Positions 53,040 to 64,000 of a DNA stretch of 64,000 bases are shown here, piece by piece. The position numbers and the translations under genes were made by a program. How positions within the stretch are numbered: the stretch's first letter is position 1; each line of letters opens with the position of its first letter. Source of the stretch: Felis catus (Eukaryota); the NCBI RefSeq assembly GCF_018350175.1, contig NC_058368.1:170068001-170132000 (forward strand), in the 5' to 3' direction. The notes under the pieces are model-generated. The model was not told the DNA's origin. It was given only the letters and a program-made list of their open reading frames with translations, and did no database searches.

Positions 53040-53520
53040 AAAATGACTTCAGTTTTCTACCACATTTTGCATGTGTATATATAGAGGCAAATACAGGGTA
53101 AATTATACAAAATAAGCTTCAGAGTGTTAAATGTGACAAGGAAGATGGAATAAAAAACTATGAAAATTCACTTGTGGACATCGATGTTGAGAGTCTGTAT
53201 GCAAAGCAAAGGGAATTAACACAATTTTCAAGATGTTGGTATCATAAGGCAATGTTTTGAGTTAATTGAGCTTTTAGGTGCCAAAGTTGCTTTGTTTGTT
53301 AGACCACTGCTGCAATTACAATTCAGCTAGCTAATGAAATGCTAAGCAGTGTTTCGTCTGTGCATTGTTATAGAAGAAGTAGAAGTATTTTGATTAAGAC
53401 CAGATGGAGACATTGATTTTTGTGGCTCCTTCTTTGTGGTTTAAGAATAAGGTAGTAAAAAGCCATGGATTGGTATCCTTGGTTGAGATTTAAAGTTTTA
53501 TCAATGAATTTATGGTTAGG
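53040..53520 (+). mobile_element. Candidate highly decayed Penelope-like (PLE) reverse transcriptase relic
   Basis: Hand translation: 'YIEANTG*IIQNKLQSV...LVDIDVESLY' (DVESLY at 53183-53200), then 'MET...VAPS' (53404-53433) and 'WLRF'/'FINEFMV' (53480-53517) in shifted frames. Confidence 0.4.
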
Positions 53521-55746
53521 TTTACATGATCATGATAGAACCAGAAATTTTCTAAAAAGCTATTGGCTGGTTCCAATATACCATAGCCAGTCTGTATAAT
53601 TTTGTGACTTCCTTTTTCTCCCAAAATATCCAAAAAAGAACTCATGAGTCATAGCAATTGATGTCTTTAAGGCCTGGGGAATTAATTTCACTTATATATT
53701 TGCTTATGTATGTATGTATGTATGTCCAGCTGCTCCTGTCAAAAGACATTTAGATATAACCCATAATGGAGGTAGAAAACCTCTTTTATCCATATATCCT
53801 AGATATTTTTCTCCATGTAGACCCAATTAAATTAGAGTATATATAGAAAATAGTGCATAAATATATAACCTTATGAATTATCACTAAGTTAATGCATTAT
53901 ATTAAACAACACCCATATCAAGAAAGAAAACATTGCTAAACAGGCCTTTCATGCCCTCTTCCCAGTTGTCCCTTCCCAAATATAACTTTTATCCTACATT
54001 AAAACACTATATATTAGTTGTGATTCTTTTTAAACTTATGTGTCATTATCAAGTACACAATTTGTATCTTGATTCTTTAGCTCAACCTTATTTTGCATAT
54101 AAATATAGTCCATTCATTTTCATTATGCAACATTGGATGACTATACTACAGCTTATTTGTCTGATCTATGGTCTGTGCATATTTTGGATTTTTCCGGTTG
54201 TCCACTAGTTTTTACTTTTAATAGTCTCTGTTTTGTGATAGTTTTTCATTAAATTCATTACTTGCAAAATGTTGTTGTTGCAGTCAGTATCTGCCAAAGC
54301 ACTGCTGAATACAATTTGCTTTCTGTGTATAGTCAAGGGCTCTACCCAAAAATATAATTCTTTTTTCAAAAGATTCACTTAAATTCATAACCACTTGTAT
54401 GAAGCATGTATTATACATATATCAAATTCAACATAATATTTTAAATATATGATTGTTTCCACTATGAGGAAAAATATATAATTCTAATTTTTCTTCCTTT
54501 AAATATCTTCAATTAATAAACTCTAGGTCCTTTCATATATTACTTTAAACATTCATTCTTAAAATAGCTAGTCATTATTCCCGTATTTTTTCTTTTACTT
54601 CTCAATGACATTTACAACTTGTTTTACCTCCTATATAAATAAAAATTGGAAGTTAAAGTTAAGTAAGCAGTCTACTTCAGTGTTCCTTAAATAAATAGCA
54701 ATGGGAGAAAAGGAAAACCTTTATATTCTACATGAAAGAAATCATCTCCAGAGATTAAGAAATGAATTACCATTTCCTTTTTTATACTCAGCTCTTACTA
54801 GAATAGTTTAACAGTATATTTTCATCATTCTTTATTTATACCCAAATGCAAGCCTCTGAGCAACTCACCCTACCAGGATGAATGAGAATTTAGAGATATT
54901 TATCCGAAGAAGTTAAAGATAATAAAAAAGATGAACAGTTACAAAGTTCAGATTAAGCTACATACCTAAGTAGAAGATATGAGTTTTTTGTTGTTGTTCA
55001 CCTGTTTTCTAAGAGAATACAGGGGAAATGATTCTTCTGGATGCCTATTTTTCCCCAAACCTGTAATACTTTAATTACCATGGGAGTTGTTCCTCACTCA
55101 TTTCCTTTGATATTGATGGAGACTCTACTTGAACTGGTTCTCTGGAGCATGATTCAAGATAAAAAGAAAATGGCAGAGAGCCTTAAAAAGAGTTCCTATT
55201 CTATGTAAGAAAGAGATGTGGAGAGTAAGGGTAAAGAAGGTCAAGTCCCCATCATCATCTAAAAATGTGTCTATTGAAATAAAGTATTCCATTTCTTACT
55301 GTTTTGGTAAAATAAAATAAATATCAACCTATTTCACAATAGCATATAAACTAGTATTTGTGTTGTCTTTAGTATCAAAGATTGGTCACTATTAGCAAGT
55401 GAATAAATGGCTTATTTTGAATCCAGATGTCTGCTTCTCTGATTTATGTTTTATACTTTAAATTAGAAAATTACTATATATCATTTTTTCTTATATAAAC
55501 AATATGCATTTGATATTTATATTTTAGTTACCAATAAATAATTCAAAAGTATTTGATAAAGATATCTGTTCTAATTTGACACATGAGAATCAAATAAAGT
55601 GATGTTAATACTGAATCTTAGACCTTTATTTATATGCAATCTTCCTTCATGTAACTTCAATGATAGCTTTAATGTATAATGTTATCTGTTTCTAAAAATT
55701 CATTAGGACTCACTAATTTCACTTATAATGTAACCTTTTCAATTTT

Positions 55747-55936
55747 ACTTATTTATTTTGAGAAAGAGAGAGTGTGGGAGCAGGGGAGAGGCAGAGAGAG
55801 AGGGAGAAAGAGAACCCAAGCAGGTTCCATGCTGTCAGCACAGAGCCCGATGTAGGGCTTGAACTCCTGCACTGTGAAATCATGACCTGAGCTAAAACCA
55901 AAAGTTGGACACCTAACAGAGTCACCCCAGGTGCCC
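55747..55936 (-). mobile_element. Can-SINE (older)
   Basis: tttatttattttgaga...gctgtcagcacagagcccga...atcatgacctgagc...caccccaggtgccc. Confidence 0.93.
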
Positions 55937-56235
55937 TACATTTTTCCATTTTAAATTACATTATTTTATATATGGATGATGATATTACTTTTCAGACTAT
56001 TATTTCATTGAAAAAGCAAGTATGATATAGGGAAAATCAACACAAGTCAAGAAACTAATTTCCATTCTTAGACCTACTGCTTAAAGAGCTGAGTATCTTT
56101 AGACAAAAATTTGCCATTGGGATCTAGATTTTATATTTAAAATAAAGTGACCACTGGATCATAGTAATAGACTTGGAACACTCTCCTCCCCAATTTTGTC
56201 TTGCCAAATCCCTGAAAATATATAACACTCCCCCC

Positions 56236-56238
<3 letters not shown>

Positions 56239-56265
<27 letters not shown>
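56239..56265. repeat. (AC)n microsatellite
   Basis: Direct reading. Confidence 0.9.
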
Positions 56266-56266
<1 letters not shown>

Positions 56267-57041
56267 CCCAAATAAGTAGTATCAGAGGTGAAAAACAAGG
56301 ATGGGGCACATTTTGACCAACCTCTGAACCACAGAAAGTAAATGTTATTACACTGAAGTAGAAAACCACAGCTCCAAATTATAGCAGCATACTTTTATCA
56401 GAAGATGGAAATAGCACTTGTAGTTGGTGTATATGAAGAGTGGATTTTAAAGCAATCATATGTGGGATCCCTTGGTCTTTTACATCCAAGTGTGTGACAC
56501 TGGTAGCACAAAAGGGGAGGAAAGGATGAAGTTATAGAGAGACAAAGTTTTTATACTGTTGAAATGAAGTTGGTAGCAATGTGAACTAAATTTTCATAAG
56601 TTATGATATTAATTATAATCCCCAAGCAACCACAAAGAAAACAAACTTAATTAAATAGTAAAAGAAATGAAAAGGGAATTAAAACAATTCACTAGAAAAA
56701 TATTTAATGAAAAAAAGACAGGGATAGAGGACCTAAAGAAAACAGAGAGACGACAAAGAAAAAATTGAAAAATGACAGATTTAAGTCTTCCCTTATCAGC
56801 AATTATATTAGATACAAAAAGATTAACCACTCCAATTAAAGTCAGAGATTGGGATACCATTTTTTAAAATTTTGATCTGTTATCAATAACACACGTTAGA
56901 TTCAAAGACAAATATATATTTAAAGTGAAAGTACATACGACACAAACAGTAATCAAAATATCCTAACATGAAATAGATTTTAAAACAAAAATTTTTACTA
57001 GAGGGGAGAAAAAAAGGACACTCAATAATCATAAAAATGCC

Positions 57042-57147
57042 AGGAGTGCCTGGCTGGTTCTGTAAGTGGAGCATATGACTCTTGAACTCAGGGTCATGAG
57101 TTCAAGCCCCACACTGGGTGTGGAGCCTACTTAAAATGAAAATAAAA
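57042..57147 (+). mobile_element. Short old Can-SINE (tRNA head and tail, no CT region)
   Basis: 'gtgcctggctggttc..taagtggagcatatgactcttgaactcagggtcatgagttcaagccccac'; TSD aataatcataaaaa on both sides. Confidence 0.85.
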
Positions 57148-58198
57148 AATAATCATAAAAAGGTGAACTCATCAAAAAGATATAACAGTTACAAATATGT
57201 ATATATCTAAAAACAGCTTCAAAATACATGAAGAAAAAACTGATACAATTTACGGTAGTAATAGATAATTCAGCAATAATAGAGGAAACTTCAATACCTT
57301 ACTCTCTATATCAAAAAACAACTAGACACAAAGATCAATAAGGAATAGACAACTTAACTGACACTAAAGCAAATAGTCATAATAACATCAAGAACAGCAA
57401 AATATGCATCTTTTCTCAAGTGCACATATAATGTTCTCCAAGATAAATCATATGGTGGAACATAATACTGTAGGTCTCAAGACATCAAAAAGGACTAAAG
57501 TCATATAAAGTATCTTCTCCACACACAACAGAATCAACTTAGATATCAGTAAAAGGAGAAAATTTGGAAAATTCTTATGTATGTAAAATTAAACATCACA
57601 TTCCTGAATAAGCATTTGGGCCAAGAAAAAAATAACAAAGAAAACTGGAAAATACTTTGATGTACCAAAATTTTTAAAAAGAAGGCAGGTCTCAAATCAA
57701 TAACCTTCCATATTATATAAAAATGGGAAAAGTAGAGAAAAAAGTAAACATAAAGCCAGCATAATGAAGGAAGTAACATTAGAGTGGAAATAAATGAAAT
57801 ATGGAATAGAAAAACAATAAAGAAAATTGGCAGAACCGAAAGTTGCTTCTTTGAGTAGGAAAAAGGGTTCTAAAATCAAGATGAAAAAATAAACATTACT
57901 ACTGATCTTACAGGAAAAAAAAAAGTTTACAAGGGAATGCTGTGGACAATAATATGCCAACAAAATAGATAACTTGGTTGAAATTGACAAAGACCTAGAA
58001 ACTACAAACTACTGAAAATGACTCAAAAATAAATAGAAAATCTGAAAAGACTTTTAACAAATAGAGACTGAATTAATAAAAACAACAAAATCTCCTAAAC
58101 AAAAAAACCATCACAAGATGGCTTTACTGGTAAATTCTACTAGGTATTTAAGGAAGAAATGACATCAATATTTCATACTTTTCCAAGAAATTGAGGGA

Positions 58199-58420
58199 GG
58201 GGCACCTGGGTGGCTCAGTCAGTTAAGCATCCAACTTTGGCTCGGGTCATGATCTTGCAGTCCATGAGTTCCAGCCCTGCATTGGGCTCTGTGCTGTCAG
58301 CTCAGAGCCTGGAGCCTGCTTCAGATTCTGCGTCTCCCTGTCTCTCTCTGCCCCTCCCCTGATCACACTCTGTGTGTGTCTCTCTCTCTCAAAAATAAGC
58401 AAACATTTAAAAATTTTTAA
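58199..58420 (+). mobile_element. Can-SINE
   Basis: ggggcacctgggtggctcagtc head; TSD-like aagaaattgaggga / aataaatagaggga. Confidence 0.94.
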
Positions 58421-60906
58421 AAATAAATAGAGGGAAACACTTCCCACCTCATTCTATGAGAAAAGAAAATGACAGACCAATATCCCTCATGAATATAGAC
58501 ACAAAAATTCCAAGCAAAATACTAGCAAACCAAATCCAGGGAAATATAAGTAAACTGAATACGGGCATATTGAGAAAAGTAAAATATCATGACAAATTTG
58601 GAGTTACCCCAGGAATGTTAGTATGGTTTAATATTATATAACAAATCAAAACAAAAAAGTTATCATTTCTCAATAGTGGAGAAAATAATTTGATAAAATT
58701 GAATAACTACGATAAGAAATCATAACTATGAATTAATTAAATATTAACTCATATTCTAATGAATCATATCTACCAAAAACATGCAGAAAATATCATTATC
58801 AAATATCAAAACATTTCTATTAAATTTGTGAACAAGACAACTAATACTGCTTCTGTTCAAAATTAATGTAGCACTCAAAAGTGCAATGACTCAAAAAAAA
58901 AAAAAAACAAATTAAAGCTCTAAGGATCTGAAAGGAAGATTTTAAAAATCTCATTAGACACAAATTTTACAGAAAACACTCCAGAGAGAGATTTTACTGA
59001 GAGATTTTAGAAAATTGGCTATATACAAGATAATGATAGAAAAACATTTACTTCTTTATATGCAACTATTAGAAGACACACTTTTTCTTAAAAATTTTTT
59101 CAAAACCACAATTTGCAGGTTGTAAATGAAATGATATGATTTCAAGGATTTGCGTCAAAATAACCAGGGGTTGGAGGGAGAGAATGGATGGTAGGATACA
59201 TAAATCATGATTTGCCATAACTGGTCATTGTTGTAGCTAGAGGTTGTGTAAAAGGAGGTTAATTATACTACTCTACTTTTCTACATCTTTTAAATTTTTT
59301 GTAATCGAAGTTTGAAAAAGAGCCATCATAATAGCAAAAATAAATCTATAAATAAATCCGACAAAACATGAACTAATCTTTTAGGATATACAACAGAAGA
59401 CTTAAAAATCTTTTAAAAATTATTTTAAAATCACTAATTAAATGAAAACCTTTTCTGTGTTCATAGAGTAGAAACTTAGCATCATAAAGGAGTACATTTC
59501 CCAAAACTGTTTGATAAACTCAGTGCAATTTTAGGCAAAATCCATAAAAAACTTTTTCAAAAAACATACCAATCTGATTCTGAAATTTATAGAGAAGACT
59601 ACAGGCCCAACAGTAAAAATACTGCTGAAGAAGCATAAAGTGCAAGTAATAAGGTCACACAAAATTGAGGACTTGATATGAATTTGTAGGGAATAACTAA
59701 AGTATCGTGATACTAACAGAAGGATGAATAAATTCACAATTGGAATATATCAGAAAGCCCAGATTAAGTCCATTGTAGTAATGGAAATTGATACATAACA
59801 TATATAGTATAGCTGATAATGTGAACAAAACAGTTTTCAATAAATAGTGTATGACTATTAGCTATCCATTTTGGGAAAACACCCTAGATTCCTACCCTAC
59901 GCCATAACCACAAATTCTTTAATGACATAAATATAAGAGGCAAACTTTATCACTTTGGGAGAATATTTTTTATGATATGAATATGGGGAAGGATTTTTTA
60001 AAATGGACAGAAATACTGAAATAAGTAATAAATTCAACCTCACTGAAATTAAGAGCTTATATTTATCATAAAATAGCATAACAAATGTGGGAAAGCAAAC
60101 TACAACCAGCAAACTGAATAAACCCAAAGATAAATGGGGAAATGACAAGAATAGCTATTTCAGAAGAAGCTACTCAATAGGGAAATAAACATATAAAAAT
60201 AAATTCAACCCATTATAAATCACTACAGCGAACTATTGTTTACCCACTAGATTTCCCAAAATGAAAAAGTCTGAGAGTAGCAAGTGTTAATAAGAACGTG
60301 AAGCAGTGTGAAGTCTTAAAACTGTTGGTGAGAGTATAAATCAACACTACCATCTTGGGGGGGCAGAGAGAGAACCAACATTATTTATGCTATATATATC
60401 TTTAATGCTCTATCATATATTAACATATCCTATGACCCAGAAATCCCACTCCTACGTTTATCCTAGGAAAATAGTACCATATGTACACCAGGAGTCTATA
60501 TAAAAATGTTCACAGCAGCTTTGTTTGCAATAACAAAAATTTAGAAGTTGTCCTGAATGTCCATTCACAGAAGCGCTGAAAAAGATTACTGCACATTCCC
60601 ACAATGAAATATATTACCTCTGTGAAAATAATGGAATTACTACAGTTACATAAAACAAGAGAGGGTCTCTGAAACATAATATAAATTGAACAAAAAAAAT
60701 AAGTAGTCCTAGATGCTACATATAGTAAGAATTTTTTATAAAACCTAAAATCAAGCTCAACTAGATAATAATCTAGTTTGAGAAACATACATGTTATAAA
60801 TATTTTCACAAAAACAAATGAAAGATACAAAATTCAAGACAGTGGCTATCTATGATTTCAAGCAGGTACATGAAACTGTGAATAAAAAGCACGCATTATA
60901 ATTTTT

Positions 60907-61128
60907 TAATTAATTATTTTTTATGTTTATTTACTTTGAGAGTGAGAGAGCGAGCAAGCAAGCGAGCTGGGCCGGGGCAGAGAGAGAGGGAAAGAGAGAA
61001 TCCCAAGCAGACTCTGCACTGTGTATGCAGAGCCCAATATAGGGCTCGATCCTAGAGAACTCTGAGTTCATGACCTGAGCTGAGGTCAAGAGTTGAACAC
61101 TTAACCCACTGAGCTACCAAGGTGCCCC
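60907..61128 (-). mobile_element. Can-SINE (older)
   Basis: Reverse-strand body; TSD aagcac(g/a)cattataattttt on both sides. Confidence 0.93.
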
Positions 61129-61372
61129 AGAAGCACACATTATAATTTTTAATACTCAAGTTATATGGTAGGTTCATGGGTATTTATTATTTTAGTTAAA
61201 CTTCATATTTAATATTGCATATATTTTTTCATATGTCAAATAGTACATACAATAAATTGAAGCTTAGAAAAGTTAAGTAAAACAGAATATCATTGTAAAA
61301 GTAAAAGATCTATGGTTTAAACTAGAGAAATCTTATCCTTATGTAATGTCAACATTCTCCTACCATCTATTT

Positions 61373-61537
61373 CAGTGGTTACAAACTCGGATGTGTATTG
61401 GAATCACTCAAAGGATTTTTTTAATAATGGTATCTGGATTCCACCTCTAGAGAGTTTGATTTCATTGGACTGAGATAGGGCCTTGACATAGAATTTTAAG
61501 TATTTTCCCAGGCAGTTCTATATGTAACAAAGTATGA
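61373..61537. mobile_element. MER5A-like hAT MITE
   Basis: 'cagtggttacaaactcggatgtgtattggaatcac', 'cctctagagagtttgatttcattggactgagatagggcc', 'cccaggcagttcta'. Confidence 0.75.
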
Positions 61538-63029
61538 TACATCAAATAATAATGTCACAGAGACTACCTCACTTGGTTGAAAGAACAAAATGAAAATGAA
61601 CATATTGACTAAAAAAAAATTCCACTTAGTCCAAATGTCTAACTTGTATGAAGTAATGTTGGAATAAAAATATCAGGCTAAATAATAAAAGCACAAGATA
61701 TGAAAATCATAATTTTCTAATACAAAAATCTAGAGGCAAGAATATATATTAATATAACCATTTTAGTAATAAATGTAAAATAAAATTGAATAAGATAGTC
61801 TACGTAGCTCTAGGAAATAAATATAGATATTGCTGAGCTTCGAGAATTAATGTCATTAACTTAATGCCACATTTATAACCTGTATATTTGCTAGAATCAA
61901 AATGAAAGTGATCTGGCCTTTTTGGAAGAGAGATGACTCAGTTATTAAGTATCAGTGGAAGGGAATAAATATTTGTTAAATAAAAACAAGAACAAATGCA
62001 TGCTCCATTTGCTTGTTAAGAACCACGGAGCTATAAGTGTATTACCAGCAAAAATGTACAGAACTTAAACATTTCATGAAGAGGAGACTATCCTGTCTGC
62101 ATTATTTTTAAAGTTAGATATGGTTATTTGGAATTTAATACTGTGGTTTCTTAGTAAAATTGCATTCAAAGTACAAAATTATGACAAAAGAATTCTACTT
62201 ACAAATTACTATCGGAAATTTAGAGGTTCTATTTAAAACTTCTACAGTCATTTTGATAGTTCCATTCTGTAGTTCATTATAGGAAGAATTTCATTTACTG
62301 CATACTAAAAATTAGGTGAGTATATTGAATTTACTTGTAGTGTATAATATTTAAGCTCTTTAACAATTCAAAATGATAGTGAATGCAGTTGTATTTCATA
62401 AAAACAACTACTTTTTCATATCAAGCTTTGAATAAAGAAGCTGCAAATAATTTTAATGAATTGAAAATCATGAATAATGTTATTCATCTAGATTTTTGGA
62501 TTAAAAAAGTATAAGTTTCATATATGCAAAGCCTTATTTTTTGACTTTGGTGGGGCATTTATAGAAACTGATTTAGGATGCCATCATGTGGTGTAATGAC
62601 TATGTTCAAAAGGCAAAGGCATACAAGAGTAGAATATAGTTCTATTATAGCAATGCTACAGTTTTCTTAATAAAATTTAATTCTACTTAAGAATTTATGA
62701 GAGTAGGTAGTTTAGATTAGAGGAAAAAACCTGTTCTTTCACAACCAGGTTCATAAGGGGAAATAGATACTATAAAATCAAAATCTTATAAACAACAGAG
62801 TTAGGCTGATCTATAATCTTCCCCATTACCAAATTTAAGTGATTGGATGCAGCTATCAGATATTCTCAATTTCACAGGAAAGAGATTTTACTTTATCTCC
62901 TTGGCTCTAAAGAATCTGATTCTATGTCACTCAGCTACTCTAAGAATAAAGAACATACAGGAAGAAACAATAAATCTTTTGATACTGAATATAACATACC
63001 TTCTCCTAAATATACTGAGTGCTGTGTCT

Positions 63030-63160
63030 TTGGTGGAAAACCAACAAGAGGTTTGGAGTCATGAGATCTGGCTATCAACTTTCTGATTGCTCACTGGTAA
63101 ATCATTTAATTTACTAGGCCTCAGTTCCTTCATTTGTCAAATAAAGGGTTTGGAGTCAAT
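63030..63160 (+). mobile_element. MIR SINE fragment
   Basis: 'tttggagtca', 'ggtaaatcatttaa', 'ggcctcagttccttcatttgtcaaata'. Confidence 0.75.
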
Positions 63161-63585
63161 GTATCTATGATCTCCAAATCAATAATGCTTCTGCAGTTTC
63201 ACTTTCCCTCACACTTTAAAAAAAGCTTTATGTATCAACACCAACTATAAATTAATAAAAGAAAATTGAAAAACAATGGGAAAAATAAAGACACTGAGAA
63301 CTGAAGCACAATTCAGTGTACAAAGGCAGTAAAATTAAGTCATAAAGTGTTTTCTAAGACTATAAATATTATATATTTCACAGAAGGAGAAGATGAACAT
63401 GAAGACTTGAGGACTCTCAGCAGCTTTATGAGGATGTGAAACTTGAATTGGGCATAGAAAATAGGATTTAGGTAGATTTGCATGGAGGAGCATTCCAAGT
63501 GAGTGCAGGAGAATAAGCAAAAGGAAGACAAGCCAACAATGGAAACAAGTAAACAATTAAAGAGACAAGGATTCTGTACACTAAC

Positions 63586-63924
63586 TGCTATAGACTGAAT
63601 GTTTGTGTTGTTCCCTTTAAAATTCTTATGTTGAAATCTAATCCCCAATGTGATGGTATTTGGAGATGGAACCTTTGGGACATGAGTAGGTAATAAGAGA
63701 TTCATGCCCTTAAAAGAGATCCCACAGAGCAATCTTGCCCTTTGTGCCATGTCTGAAGAACATGTCTGGCTATAAACCAGGAAACAGGCACTCTCTAGAT
63801 GTCAAATCTGTCAGCACCTTGATCTTGAACTTCCCATCTTCCAGAAATATGGAAAAGAAATGTTTGTTGTTTAAGCCACCAAGTCTATGGTAGTCTGTTA
63901 CAGCAACTCAGGTGGAATATGACA
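63586..63924 (+). mobile_element. MaLR solo LTR (MLT1A0/MSTD-like)
   Basis: tgctatagactgaatgtttgtg start, 'gttgaaatctaatccccaatgtgatggtatttggagatgg', ends gaca; TSD-like ctaac/ctaat. Confidence 0.88.
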
Positions 63925-64000
63925 CTAATCAAATATATTTGATCTAATCTGAAGGGTATTTTTTTCACATAGAAATCCCTATTTTCAGCTTCTCTTAGAA

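Larger units (their letters stand above)
56450..60890 (+). mobile_element. Old L1M ORF2-to-3'UTR fragments, interrupted by SINEs and an L1 3'UTR piece (~59110-59320)
   Basis: '[24 protein letters not shown]...[15 protein letters not shown]'; 'tcaagtgcacatataatgttctccaagata'; 'cctatgacccagaaatcccactcct'. Confidence 0.82.

Noticed and set aside
57042..57147. tRNA gene
   Set aside because: tRNA-like A/B boxes are followed by an A-rich tail and flanked by a TSD, so this is a tRNA-derived SINE
16150..61200. Plus-strand bias of L1s as evidence for an intron of a minus-strand gene
   Set aside because: Large minus-strand L1s occupy 1-16 kb, several plus-strand pieces probably belong to a few fragmented old elements, and no coding exon was found

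Overview
AT-rich, repeat-dense mammalian DNA. The SINE and L1 sequences point to a carnivore, very probably a felid (Can-SINE/SINEC_Fc-type SINEs and a feline-type L1). I found no protein-coding exon of a host gene; almost every long ORF is L1-derived or SINE/microsatellite noise. The window holds a full-length but disrupted young L1 (36541-42549, +), a ~97%-identical 5'-truncated L1 6 kb downstream (47764-48660), an older full-length L1 on the minus strand (~9.4-16.1 kb), many ancient L1M/L2/MIR fragments, 13 Can-SINEs, several MaLR solo LTRs and hAT MITEs (MER20, MER5). Four observations stand out. (1) A 108-nt, frame-preserving mosaic templated insertion lies inside ORF2 of the young L1, built from snap-back sequence, local sequence and the element's own zinc-knuckle region. 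(2) A heavily decayed stretch at ~53.0-53.5 kb carries, in the right order and spacing, motifs of a Penelope-like reverse transcriptase. (3) Both young L1s share a Cys-to-Ser change in the ORF2 CCHC knuckle. (4) The young L1 and the SINE behind it are enclosed by one target-site duplication. Subfamily names come from recognition by eye, not a database search, and boundaries of old repeats are approximate.
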